A stretch of 64,000 nucleotides of DNA. It comes from Octopus sinensis. Taxonomy: Eukaryota. Position numbers and translations under genes: made by a program. Location: NCBI RefSeq assembly GCF_006345805.1, contig NW_021834204.1:3675-67674 (forward strand), written 5' to 3'. How positions within the stretch are numbered: position 1 is the stretch's first letter; the number at the start of each line of letters is the position of its first letter. A model generated the notes under the pieces. The model saw only the letters and a list, made by a program, of their open reading frames with translations. It made no database searches and was not told the DNA's origin. Positions 1 through 11,796 of this stretch are shown piece after piece.

Positions 1-94
1 CAGAAAACGTTTCAATGACAAATGGTTTGCTAAAATATAGTCGCAAATTAACAACAGCAGCAGCAGCAATAACATTAATGGTATTATAATCGCA

Positions 95-97
<3 letters not shown>

Positions 98-148
<51 letters not shown>

Positions 149-166
149 GTGATGATGATGATGATG

Positions 167-227
<61 letters not shown>

Positions 228-244
228 TGATGATGATGATGATG

Positions 245-305
<61 letters not shown>

Positions 306-400
306 GATGATGATGATGATGTTGATGATGTTGATGATGGTGATGCTGATGATGATGGTGATGATGATGATGACAATGATGATAATGATGACGACGATGA
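98..400. repeat. (AAT)n/(ATG)n compound microsatellite
   Basis: Alternating ATA and ATG runs; the poly-I/M ORF 98..310 is their translation. Confidence 0.97.
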
Positions 401-525
401 TTACGATATCAGAAATATAAACTAATAATATAAATGATTCAGTTCAATTAGACGTACATTTAAATTTCAGTGTAGCATGACTGGACGTGATTCTTTATGT
501 TCAAATGTAACACACACACACACAC

Positions 526-590
<65 letters not shown>

Positions 591-1039
591 GCACACATAC
601 ACACACAAGCACACACGCATATACAATAAACGCGTATAAACACAGGAACAAACCCGACATATGCACACAAACACACACATACAAACACACACACGCACAC
701 ACATGCATACACATACTGTATCTACGTATGTGTGGTGTACGCTCACAGACAAGCACAATCTCAGATTTCCATCCTAATACATACACATACTCACCAAAAA
801 TATACATAAATATGAGCAAATACATTGTAGTTAAACGCTCATGATTAGTGTCCACACATCTAGACATAACATACGCAGACATCTATGCACATATATAGAA
901 ATCCAAGTATGAATACATAGATATACCTACATATGAGCATACATACATGTATATATGCATATATTACGCTTTTAATTCTTTCATTCTGTTATTAGTATCA
1001 GACTATTTTGTCTTACATCTAAAACGTTGTCAGTAACTT

Positions 1040-1400
1040 TCTAACTTCACACAAATCCATGACAAGAAACACCAGTCTAAACAATGAAACCAGTTGGTTT
1101 CTGTCGCTTCAAATGTGTTCTGACACCATCGGTGATGTTTTCTTGCGAAGTGGCGTAAACTCGATCGTGTTGGTAGTTGGTCATAATCTACACAGTGCAA
1201 AAAAAAAAAAATTAAACTAAAAAAACTTGTCTGATCAACGAAGACTTTGTCTGTGGCACACTGTATCACATTCAAGCATTTTTCATCCCTCTGTGATGCC
1301 GTTTTTGCTCGGTGGTACACTTAATAGTGACTGTTGTCGTCAAATCTTGTATGGTCTAAATCCGCTTACACAAACCTCCTTAACGACCGATCCGAAATAA
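1040..1400 (-). mobile_element. Decayed Tc1/mariner transposase fragment (maT/DD37D-like)
   Basis: Manual minus-strand translation across frameshifts gives GFRPYKI, VFVDQTSF and QHDRVYATSQENITDGVRTHLKRQKPTGFIV*TGVS, resembling GLRPYK / VFSDEKLF / NDRVYA...RQKPASVMVWAGV of this family (recalled, not searched). Confidence 0.6.
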
Positions 1401-1488
1401 GCTAATGAAAGTGATTACATTACACTTGTTCTTTTGTCATTTATTAATTGGCATTTGTATGTATACACACACGCACACACACACACAC

Positions 1489-1549
<61 letters not shown>

Positions 1550-2589
1550 AGTTGTATATATATATACACAATTTAAAAATAGGATAAAATCTTTATAAGA
1601 ACTTAGAGGGAAAAACCTCATAAGTGAAAAAATCCACCATTTTTTTTCACTTAAATATATTTATTTATATTATTTAAAGGGCATTACAGATAACAATAAA
1701 TGTTCGATGTGTTTATTTATTTTGGTAGTTTTGACTTAATGAGTCCCTCCTAGCGTGTGCATTTATGTATAGTAATGTCCTCTCTCTATATAATATCCCT
1801 TTATATTATCGCATATGTTCAGGTATATCTGTTTGAGCGCATTAATTTATTGGTACAGATGAGTAGAATGAGATGGAGAGAGAGAGGAGAGGTGGAGTGA
1901 AAAGTCTGGAGATAGTATAAATGAATAAATGATTCTCACATTTGTTTTTTTCTTTCTCCAAATGCAGCTTTCATGTAATTCAGTTTTGTAATTGGCTGCA
2001 ATAACGCATTGTAGTTTCTTCACCACATAAACCGATTCTAAAAGTAACTCCAGCAAAAGCTTATTAACTGCTCTAACACGATCACCACCAGCAACCGTCG
2101 CTGCCGCCGCACCACCACCACCACCACCACCACTTCTGCTACTACTCGCACCAACACCTTATTCATATTATACCCTTCTTTTCTAATTCCAACCGTATCC
2201 TCTCTCCTCTTGGTCTTACTCTTTCTCTGCTCCATCAAGCAAAACTTGCTGTTGTCTGGATAATAAAGCTTCAAAAAAAAAAAAAAAAAAAGAACTACCA
2301 TAAACTGAAGAAAGAAAGCAAGAAAGATAGAAACCTTATTCTACTGAATCCTCATAGGAAATTGCAATATAAGCGTGTATAGTTGTGTGCATGCATGCAT
2401 GTGTGTGTGTGTATATATATAAGCATATATATGCGTGTGGTGTGTGTGGTGTGTGTGTGTGTGTGTGTGTGTATGTGTCTGTGTGCCCTAGGGTGAGTGA
2501 GGAGATGGGTGCTGATGTAAATCGCTGTTATTATCTAGTATTCTTTTCTTCCCTTTTTTCTTATACATATGTATACTGTAATATATAAT

Positions 2590-2829
2590 GCCTACATAAA
2601 TACACACATACGTACACACATACATACATAAATACATACACACATACATACATACATACATACATACATACATACACATACATACATAAATTTATACATA
2701 CATACATACATGCATACACACACGCATGGATACAAAACATATATATACAAACAAACACACACATACAGACATACATACATACAAACACACATACACACAT
2801 ATGTATGCATGTATATATATATATATATA

Positions 2830-2872
<43 letters not shown>

Positions 2873-3003
2873 TATATATAGGTGATAGATGAATAGACAG
2901 ATAGGTAGATAGATAAAGAGATACATATGTGTAATATATATGTATATATGTATATATAGGTAGATAGATAAAGAGATACATATCTCTTCTCTCTCTCTCT
3001 CTA

Positions 3004-3056
<53 letters not shown>

Positions 3057-3130
3057 ATATAGGTTGATAGATAAATAGACAGATGGGTAGACAGATAAAG
3101 AGAGGGAGAGGATGGAGAGAAGGAGAGGAT
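2590..3130. repeat. (CATA)n/(TA)n/(TAGA)n compound microsatellite
   Basis: Directly visible simple repeats. Confidence 0.95.
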
Positions 3131-3349
3131 AGGAGAGATATAGCAAATAATACAAGCACAAATATAATAAAGTCAGCGATACTTAACGAGCTGTGTAAGA
3201 TTGAAGATGTTCAACAAGAAAGGAATGCTGGAGTTGTTTGAGTGATTGAACATCATACAGGGATTAATGAAGTATATTTAATCTTTGCATATTTATTGAT
3301 CACTTATTGGCGCATCATTAGACAAATGAAGCACGCCAACGGTATGACT

Positions 3350-3688
3350 ATTGTATGTGTATATACGTGTGTGTATATTAGTACATACGTATGTATGTAT
3401 ATATAAATAATATATATATATATATGTATGTACGTATGTATGCATGTGTAGAAGCATACCTTTAGAAATATGTATATATATAAATATATATATATACATA
3501 TATATGTATGTACATATGTATGTCTGTATTACGTATATGTGTGTTTTACTGAATACGTATGCACACATGCACAGAAACGAATGCACACGTGTATAAGACA
3601 TACGCAGACGTGCATACATACACGCATATATGCATAGACATACAGATATACGCATGGATACGCACATGCACACACACACGCACACACA

Positions 3689-3729
<41 letters not shown>

Positions 3730-3821
3730 TTATATATATATAATATATATTACATATATACATATATACATACATACATATATACATATACATACATACA
3801 TATATACATACTACATACATG

Positions 3822-3876
<55 letters not shown>

Positions 3877-3900
3877 ACACACACACATATATATATATGG
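3350..3900. repeat. (TA)n/(CATA)n/(CA)n compound microsatellite
   Basis: Directly visible simple repeats; explains ORFs 3293..3949 and 3750..4139. Confidence 0.95.
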
Positions 3901-4215
3901 CTCCGAACATTAATATGAGAGAAAAGAAGCACAATTGGAATAAAATCAAACGAAAAGAGCGAAATACAATACAAGATGGAGGAAATATCGTCGAGTGAAA
4001 AAAGAGCGCACTTTACCTTTTCGAAATGAAATGCCACTAACGTGCGAGAGAAGGCATATTCAAAGCTAATAAACAGACACGGGCAACTAAGCATCCACAA
4101 AAGATTGCCAAAGTAGACGGTTGTAGCGCATAACCACATATACGCTAATGATAATTAATAAGCCTTTACACAATGTAATATAATATAATAATAGAATATA
4201 TAATATACTATATAT

Positions 4216-4540
4216 GAAGGCGCATGGCTCAGTGGTTAGAGCGTCGGGCTCACAATCATGAGCTAGTGTGTTCGATTCCCGGACTGTGCTGTGAGTTGTT
4301 TTTGAGCAAGACTCTTTATTTGACGTTGCTTCAGTTCACTCAGCGACGTCACTGGCGCCAAGCTGTATCGGCCCTTGCCTTTTTCTTGGGTAACATCAGT
4401 GGAGAGGAGGCTGGTTTTCATGGGTGACTGCTGGTCTTCAAAAAAAAAAAAAAACACTTTATCTGGACTCGTACCTCGGTAGGCAACTTTCTAGGTGCAA
4501 TCTCATGGTCATTCATGACCGAAGGAGGCCTTTACCCCTT
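4216..4540 (+). mobile_element. tRNA-derived SINE, family C (tail type 1)
   Basis: Head GGCGCATGGCTCAGTGGTTAGAGCG (A box) ... GTTCGATTCC (B box), CORE-like TTGAGCAAG segment, tail ending GGTCATTCATGACCGAAGG...TTTACCCCTT; homologous to the inverted copy at 7526-7863. Confidence 0.9.
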
Positions 4541-4552
4541 ATCCTAATGTAA

Positions 4553-5065
4553 TCTATATATATAAAACTGTAGTTGTGTGAGTATCTGTCCCCTTCGATT
4601 TAGATTCCTAACTACTCCCACATTTTGTGGTACAGTTTAACCAAATTCGGGTATCTTATAGTCGTGATTCATATCGAGCCCGTCTGGGTATTAGCGCGCG
4701 TCTACGATGAGTCTACGATTTTAAAAATAATTTAACATAATTTTTTATTCCATTTTAATGCATAATTTTTCGTGTGTCGATGGCGGCGGAGTTGGTGTCC
4801 ATGGTCACACTTGCACCTGTTTGCTTCTCCCCCTTCTTCCCTCCCTCGTGAAGCTGTGGGGAAGGGAGTGTAAGGAAATCAACGTCGTAAAGCGTTGTCA
4901 AGGAGACCAGCGTTCTTTTAGAACAACGACTTCATGGCTTGAAGACACCAAAACAGAAATGGCTAAGAAAGCCCGAATTGGCATCTATAAGGGAAGTAAC
5001 TCTCTAAAAATGCTTATATAGTTATTTCCCTTACAAACCCGAGCAACGCCGGGCGATACTGCTAG
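4553..5065 (+). mobile_element. Non-autonomous Helitron
   Basis: Starts A|TCTATATATA and ends in hairpin CCCGAGCAACGCCGGG (5038-5053) then CTAG|T, i.e. inserted in an AT dinucleotide with no TSD. Second copy at 58078-58477. Confidence 0.88.
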
Positions 5066-5104
5066 TATAATATATATTCTTTCTAGAATAAGCACAAGAC
5101 TTGA

Positions 5105-5500
5105 CATTTTGCGGGGACACGTTGAGACAATTACATCAATCCCAGTGGTCATCTGGTACATCTGTTCTCGATCCAGAAACGACGAAAGGCGAAGGTCACC
5201 CAACAGAATTTGAACTCAGAACGTAAAACCGGAAAAAAATGCTGCCTGGTGCGATAACAATTCTTCCCGCTCACCTTCTATATCTTTTATCTCCTACTTG
5301 TTTCGGTCATTAGACTACGGGCATGATGGAGCACATTCTTGAGGGTCTAGTCGAACAAATCGACCTCAGTACATACGTTTTTTGTTTAAAGTCTGGTACT
5401 TATTCTACTGGTCACTTTTACCGCGCCGCTAAGTTACTGGAACGTTAAGAAACCAATACTTCAAGCGGTATTGGGTGTGTAACAAACACAGGCGCTCATT
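5105..5500 (-). mobile_element. Two adjacent degenerate SINE fragments (family A body about 5105-5255; family B 3' half about 5265-5500)
   Basis: Diverged matches to GAATTTGAACTCAGAACGTAA (family A) and to CTTGTTTCAGTCATT...GGAGCAC (family B) seen in better copies in this window. Confidence 0.7.
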
Positions 5501-5654
5501 CAAGCACACACACGCAACCGTACACAAATATATCTTTATATTTTCAATGTAGTCGTTAGTTATGGCCGGTCAGGAAGTTACCATTGGTTTCGCGTCTATT
5601 ATTGCTCTTAACAATACAGGCGACACAGCAGACCTGCTGGCCGGCAGCACACAA

Positions 5655-5887
5655 CCTATTTCTTTATTACCCACAAGGGGCTAAACATAGAGGGGACAAA
5701 CAAGGACAGACATAGGTATTAAGTCGATTACATCGACCCCAGTGCGTAACTGGTACTTAATTTATCGATCCCGAAAGGATGAAAGGTAAAGTCAACCTCG
5801 GCGGAATTTGAACTCACAACGTAATGGCAGACGAAATACCGCTAGCATTTCGCCCGACGTGCTAACGTTTCTGCCAGCTCTCCGCCT
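5655..5887 (-). mobile_element. tRNA-derived SINE, family A monomer (tail 1)
   Basis: Reverse complement reads GGCGG.GAGCTGGCAGAAACGTTAGC...GAGTTCAAATTCCGCCGAGG..GACTTT.CCTTTCATCCTTTCGGG.TCGATAAA...CCCCTTGTGGGTAATAAAGAAATAGG. Confidence 0.92.
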
Positions 5888-5899
5888 TACCCAACCGCT

Positions 5900-6388
5900 T
5901 TACTAATAGAGGTAAGAATATAGTCTTGATCAGCCAGGGCTGTGAAAAAACCTTTGAAATGAAATTCTTCGAAATGAAAATTCCTCCTGGGTGAGATGGA
6001 AGCCTAAGAAAGTAGTCTTGGCGCATTTGGTTGGCATCACATGTATTTGATAACAGTTTAACTCAGCTCCACATTACTTAAGGTTTCATGGGAATACCTT
6101 ATCAGATGTTCCGAAAGCTTGGGTAGAATGTAAAAGAAATTTAGGCCTCCATTGGCCACTTCATGTCACATAGTTGCTTTGGGGTCGTAGCGACATCACT
6201 TATTTCAGCAGACCGGATGCTAGGCATCACTTTGTCGACATTCTTCAGCATCCGATATATCCAGCAACATCAATTCCTTTCATAGGATTTTGCACGGAGT
6301 AGAGCAGAACTGTTGGCATCAATTAATGATCATTCTGTAGTGTATGGTATTTATCGATAGAAATTACTCAGTTTGATGGCATCAGATT

Positions 6389-6422
<34 letters not shown>

Positions 6423-7300
6423 TCTCTCTCTCATACATGTATACGCAAATGTTTTTTTATTCATTATTTCATATTGCAATACCCTCCCCACCAACCATTC
6501 ACAATGATTTTCTGTGCTGATCGTGTGCCGGATCATGAAAATACGGTTACACTTTATCCCCTGCCACCAGGTCGGAAGAAAAAACGTTGTGTTCATCGGC
6601 TTCAAACACTTCCAGCAGATACGAGCAGTCTTTCAGTCTTTTCTCCTTTAAATCAGCTGTCAACTACTCAAATATTTTTACCGACGTTAGTAATGCATTG
6701 TGACTACGGTCAAGTTATTCAACAATTTCTGGATTATGGCTCGTTTGCCGCGCGAAACAGTTCGTCCAATCGCTGGAGATTCATCTCAGTGACTTGAAAT
6801 TAATAGCTTCCCATTGCGTGGTTTGTCTTCAATATGGCTGTACATAACTCATTTCAATGGTGTTATCTCCATAAGCGTGGAGGCGCGTGGCTTAGTGGTT
6901 AGGGTGTCAGCACCATGATCATAAGATTGTATTTTCGATTCCTGGACCGGGCGACGCGTTGTTCTTGAGCAAAACACTTCATTTCACGTTGCTCCAGTCA
7001 ACTCAGCTGGAAAAAAATGAGTTACGCTGCGATGGACTGGCGTCCCGTCCAGCTGGGGAACACATACGCCATAGGAACCGGGAAATCGGGTCCATGTGTC
7101 TGGCTAGGCTTTAAAAAGGGCGCATTTATTTATTTTTTATATTTCTGCTGGGGTGGATACCTCACACTTCCTTCGACAGTACATTTCTTCCGTTTAGAAC
7201 CCAGTATTTGGTTGCAAAGAAGACGAATAAGAAGGCGAGTTACTATAGTCGGAAACTTTGCTAACATATTGAATTCGAACGATGTGTATCAGTTATTAAA
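5900..7300 (-). mobile_element. Decayed mariner-type transposase, interrupted by a SINE (6877-7135) and a (CA)n tract
   Basis: Minus strand 6663-6493 reads LTADLKEKRLKDCSYLLEVFEADEHNVFSSDLVAGDKV*PYFHDP, matching the mariner LT..QK..R...C..LL......F...IVTGDE.W motif. Removing the SINE restores IHPSRNAYGDNT (N-terminal YGD motif). The 5900-6380 part is only weakly assignable. Confidence 0.62.
6877..7135 (+). mobile_element. tRNA-derived SINE, family C head/core with tail type 2
   Basis: Head GTGGAGGCGCGTGGCTTAGTGGTTAGGG, core TTGAGCAAAACACTTCATTTCACGTTGCTCCAGT, then a different tail GCGATGGACTGGCGTCCCGTCCAG...AAGGGCGCATTTATTT. Confidence 0.88.
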
Positions 7301-7492
7301 ATTGTTATGCTTTCTCTTGCATTAGTTTCAAGTAAACCCTCGCACCTGCGTGTGCGCATGTTTATGTATATCGTATGCCAGTGCATGTGTGTAAGTATAT
7401 ACGTATATTTATGTGCAGTTATGTAGCTGTGTGTTTATATGCAATTTTACTCGATGTGTATACATCGGTATATAATATATATTTTAAGTATG

Positions 7493-7524
<32 letters not shown>

Positions 7525-7525
7525 T

Positions 7526-7863
7526 AAAGGGGTAAAGACCCCCTTCGGTCATGAATGACCATGGGATTGCACCTAGAAAGTTACCCTCCTAGATACAAGT
7601 CAGGGCAAGGTTTTTTATGGAAGACCAGCAGTCGCCCATGCATACCAGCCTCCCCTCTCCACGCCACCAGTGTTATCCAAGACAAAGGTCGATACAGCTT
7701 GGCACCAGTGACGTCGCAACTCATTTCTACAGCTGAGTGAACTGGGCAACGTGAAATAAAGTGCCTTGCTCAATGACACAACACGCAGCCCGATCCGGGA
7801 TTCGAGCTCACAACCTCACGATCGTAAGCTCGACGCTCTAACCACTGAGCCATGCGCCTTCAC
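7526..7863 (-). mobile_element. tRNA-derived SINE, family C (tail type 1)
   Basis: Reverse complement starts GTGAAGGCGCATGGCTCAGTGGTTAGAGCGTCGAGCTTACGATCG (ACG at anticodon-like position, Arg-like); same tail as 4216-4540. Confidence 0.92.
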
Positions 7864-7899
7864 TGAGCCATACACTGAGCCATACACACACACACACAC

Positions 7900-7952
<53 letters not shown>

Positions 7953-8105
7953 TATATCTGTGTGTATACATTATGCATGCAAACACACCCACACACACAC
8001 ACATATATATATATATGTGTTGTGTGTGTGTGTATATATCTATGTGTGTAGAAATCTTATAGAGATAACACCACACACACACACATATATATGTGTGTAT
8101 GTGTG

Positions 8106-8140
<35 letters not shown>

Positions 8141-9180
8141 GTGTATGTGTGTGTGTATGTGTGTGTGTATATATGTGTGTGTTAAGAGTTACGGAATGGA
8201 TTAGGAAAAATCCGGGCTACATATGTTTCATAGCGAGTGGATCCTCAGAAGTGCTAAAATCTAAGTGAGGTGTATACCACCGGCTACTCTTCAGGCCAAT
8301 ATTTTTTTCGCACACTCGGCAACTGTGGTCAGTTACCGTGGAATATAAAAATAACTTTTTCTGCTCATCGTCCTCCGGTAAAGAAAAATAATCCGCAACC
8401 TTCCGTCACAATACACCTCAATTGTTCCTGAATGTTTTTTTTATATATTTACTAAGGATTGATCGAAGTTAACTTTCTTCCTATACCTCAATCCCTGGAT
8501 CTTACACGCGTGCACACACAAATATATTTATGGGGGCTGCCAGATTCGAACAGTCCCAAGTGTAACTTGAATGATGAGAGGAGGCCGTGAATGACCCGTC
8601 CTTGTTTTTCCCTGTCCATCATTTTATTGTTTTTCCTGTCCGTCTTCGCATCGTCTATCTGTCCGGATGTTTTATTGTCAACTGTTGAGTTCTTGTTCTA
8701 TTTTTTGAATTTATATATACATATCACGGCGTACGTACACTTTTGCTCACCTTGTAAGTAAGTATGTATCTAAATTTTGTACTACTCTTTTACACTTTCT
8801 TTCAATCCCCTCATATTTCCTTCTTTCTTTCCTCTTATTTTCTCGCCCCCCCCCTTTTACATTTCTTGGCTTTCTCTTTCTTTAATTCCTACTTTTCCTT
8901 TTCGTTTATTTCCCTTGTACCTTCCTCTATGTCCCTTTGATTTCCTCTCTTTCGCATTCTTCCCCTAATCCTTCAATCCCTCTTCTCCTACCTCTCTTTT
9001 CCTTCCACGTCATCGGTGTTTGGCCAGGTATGATCTTTCTTTCTTGGCTCGACTGCCTGCCGCGAAGCATCTCTTATATTCCTGTCTCTTGACTTTCATC
9101 TCTTATGTTCATCTCCTATGTTCCTGCCTCAAGGCTTTCACTCTACACACGCCAGATCAACTGGATTCGTCTTTATTAGT

Positions 9181-9332
9181 CGAAGACAGGTGGTGTAGAA
9201 AACAAACAGATGTATTAGTATAACGCTCAGGAATTAAAAAGGTCTTTTACGTTTCGAGCCTACGCTCTTCTACAGAAAGGGACACAGAAAAAAACAAGGA
9301 GAGGAAAAAACGTGTGTAGTGGCTACCGATCT

Positions 9333-9335
<3 letters not shown>
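9181..9335 (-). mobile_element. Solo Penelope-like terminal repeat (pLTR) fragment next to (TA)n
   Basis: Reverse complement aligns with the 3' end of the Penelope copy at about 57680-57765 (CTTTCTGT.GAA...AAAGAC...CC.G.GCGT.A.ACTA.TACA.CTG.TTGTT...CTTCG). Confidence 0.75.
9242..9283 (-). ncRNA. Minimal type I hammerhead-ribozyme-like motif (non-canonical core)
   Basis: Reverse complement GUCCCUUU-CUG(UAG)AAGA-GCGUAGGCUC-GAAAC-GUA-AAAGAC: CUUU/AAAG stem I, GAAAC-GUA with palindromic ACGU, core CUGAAGA split by 3 nt. Activity unknown. Confidence 0.45.
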
Positions 9336-9372
<37 letters not shown>

Positions 9373-9373
9373 G

Positions 9374-9611
9374 AGCACTCCGTTGGTTACGACGACGAGG
9401 GTCCCAGTTGATACGATCAACAGAACAGCTTACTCGTGAAATTAACGTGCAAGTAACACAGACACGTGTACCCTTAACGTAGTTCTCAGGGATAAGCAGC
9501 GTGACAAAAAGTGTGACAAGGCCTTTGAAAATTCAAGTACTACTCATTTTTAGCCAGCTGAGTGAACTGGAGCAACGTGAAATAAATCGTCTTGTTCAAG
9601 GACACAACGCG
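9374..9611 (-). mobile_element. Headless family C SINE with tail type 3
   Basis: Core CAGCTGAGTGAACTGGAGCAACGTGAAATAAA..TCTTGTTCAAGGACACAAC plus the tail AGCACTCCGT.GGTT.CGACG...GTGTACCCTTAACGTAGTTCTC shared with 43812-44197. Confidence 0.82.
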
Positions 9612-9824
9612 TTGTTTAGGAAAACTGAAAAACCTAATTATTTACCAAATATTATTGGAGCGGCATTAAAAACAAAACAAAACAAAACTGCTGTATCGTT
9701 ATTAAGTGGAATGCTATATTTTCTGAAAGGCAGGTCAATAAAATAAAGTTTCACCCCTCGAGTTAGCTTTATGATATTTTGCAAAGAACTTCTTCAAAAA
9801 TGTATTTTTACTAAGACTATACTA

Positions 9825-10822
9825 TGGAGGAGAGGTACGACGACGAGCTCGGGGCGAACCTGGACGTCGACGACGAGTACCTGACCCGCCTGTTCAGGAC
9901 GACTTTCGGGCCAGGGCCCATGGACAACTTCCAGAGATCCCTGGCCTGGCAGTGCTACCGAGAAGCGCTACCCGTTCGGGATAAGCTCTACAGACACGGC
10001 TCGAGAAACACGGGGCCGACCTGCCCGAGATGCGGTCAGAGCGACGAAACCGTTCTGCACGCACTCGTGCAGTGTCCAACAATTTCCGACCTGTGGGCTT
10101 GTGTCGAACAACTGCTGTCACTGTGGGACGAGTCGGTTTATCAGCTGAGTCTATCGTCATATTGTCACGCCTCCCTCCTTCAAACGGGAAGGAAGAGCTA
10201 TTTTCATCATCCTTTGTTGGCTATGGCGAAAGAAATGTATCGGGTTGACGCGTCTGAAGGGATTGGAGACAAACACTTTCCTCTCTGTGGTCAATCTCTC
10301 ATCAACTTCTTCAGTACCACTTGAAAAGGAAAGTGAGAGTAGAGAGGCCAAGTTTTTGCTAGCGAATGTTTTAAAAAAAGATGGGTGAATGTAGCAAGAA
10401 TGGCACGTATGAATGACGAAGCCACCCTTGAGCATGATCCTATGACCATGAATCCAGAAATTGAAAACAGAGAGTTGCTTATTTGCAAAAAAAAAAAAAA
10501 AGAAATATAACATGTGACTCCATTGACCGAGGTTACCGTGGTCTTTTCCGTAGGCTTTTCTTTCCACGGGTAAACCTCACCTGTCCTCCCCTTTACACTT
10601 CATATTGACATTTCTGTGATAACGATCCCTATTGATCAATTTTTTTTTCCTCTCCCCTTTTTTTTAACCCCCCCCTTTTTTGTCCTCTTTCTCTCCTTTT
10701 ACGATCCCTTTATCGAACGAACTCCCCTTCCTTTTTTTTTTTTAAACCTTCAAAAGAAAAGCTCTACCTTGTAATTTGTTCTATCTGTGTGCAGCCCTGT
10801 GTGGCTAATAAAGAAACATATC
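9825..10822 (+). mobile_element. 5'-truncated Tx1/L1-clade LINE (ORF2 C-terminus plus 3' UTR), copy 1
   Basis: ORF 9824..10324 has the zf-RVT motif AWQCYREALPVRDKL...CPRCGQSDETVLHALVQC; T/C-rich 3' UTR ends GCCCTGTGTGGCTAATAAAGAAACATATCT. Confidence 0.9.
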
Positions 10823-10989
10823 TTAGGCCATGTAAATAATAGAACTTCCAAACATTGTTAAGCTGAGAAAGCACACATTACCGAAGTTCTGAAGACATCG
10901 TATCAACATCTACATTTTGGCATTTGTCTATCTGTCCATCTGTCACTCTACCTACATACCTGCCTATTTGTCAGTCTGTCTGTCTGCCT

Positions 10990-11333
10990 AAACCACTTTG
11001 AGCATGATCCTGTAAATCGTAAGAGAGAGAGAGAGAGAGAGAGAGAGCACTTAGCTCTCATGTGTCTTTATTTCCTCCCTGCTTGAGGTTACCGTGGTCT
11101 TTTCTGTAGGCTTTTCTTCTCACGGATGAACCTAATCTTGTTTCTTACTGTTAAAAAAATTTGTTTCTGTGATACACGATCCATTTTGATCCCTTTTTTT
11201 CCCCCGATCCTTTTTGATAGAAATTTTACATTTGTTTCCTTTTTTTCTTTTTCCTTTTCCATCTTCGAAAAGAAAAGTTCTACATTTGTATTTGCCCCCT
11301 CTGTGTCCAGCCCTGTGTGGCCAATAAAGAAAG

Positions 11334-11340
<7 letters not shown>
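10990..11340 (+). mobile_element. 3' UTR of a sister Tx1 subfamily, followed by (TCTA)n
   Basis: Shares TTGAGCATGATCCT, GAGGTTACCGTGGTCTTTTC and terminal GCCCTGTGTGGCCAATAAAGAAAG with copies 1 and 2 but diverges between these blocks. Confidence 0.8.
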
Positions 11341-11429
<89 letters not shown>

Positions 11430-11540
11430 TAGAGAGATAGATAGATGGATAAATAGATACATAGATATATACATACTGCATACATACATATACGCGTGTG
11501 CACACATACGCACACCGCACACACACACGCACACACATGC

Positions 11541-11596
<56 letters not shown>

Positions 11597-11619
11597 ATAC
11601 ATATATACATATATATATA

Positions 11620-11668
<49 letters not shown>

Positions 11669-11792
11669 CATACATGCATACATATATTACATACATACAT
11701 ACATACATATATACATACATATATACATACATACATGCATACATACATACATACATACATACATACATACATACATACATACATACATACAT
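11337..11792. repeat. (TCTA)n/(TA)n/(TACA)n compound microsatellite
   Basis: Directly visible simple repeats. Confidence 0.96.
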
Positions 11793-11796
11793 AAAT

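Noticed and set aside
4216-4290. Functional tRNA genes at the SINE heads (also 6877, 7863, 16039, 44197, 52102)
   Set aside because: A and B boxes are present, but acceptor stems are not formed and each continues into a shared SINE body.
8530-8720. Possible second Penelope terminal repeat or ribozyme (ATGATGAG...)
   Set aside because: No CUGANGA/GAAA pair and no alignable homolog in the window.
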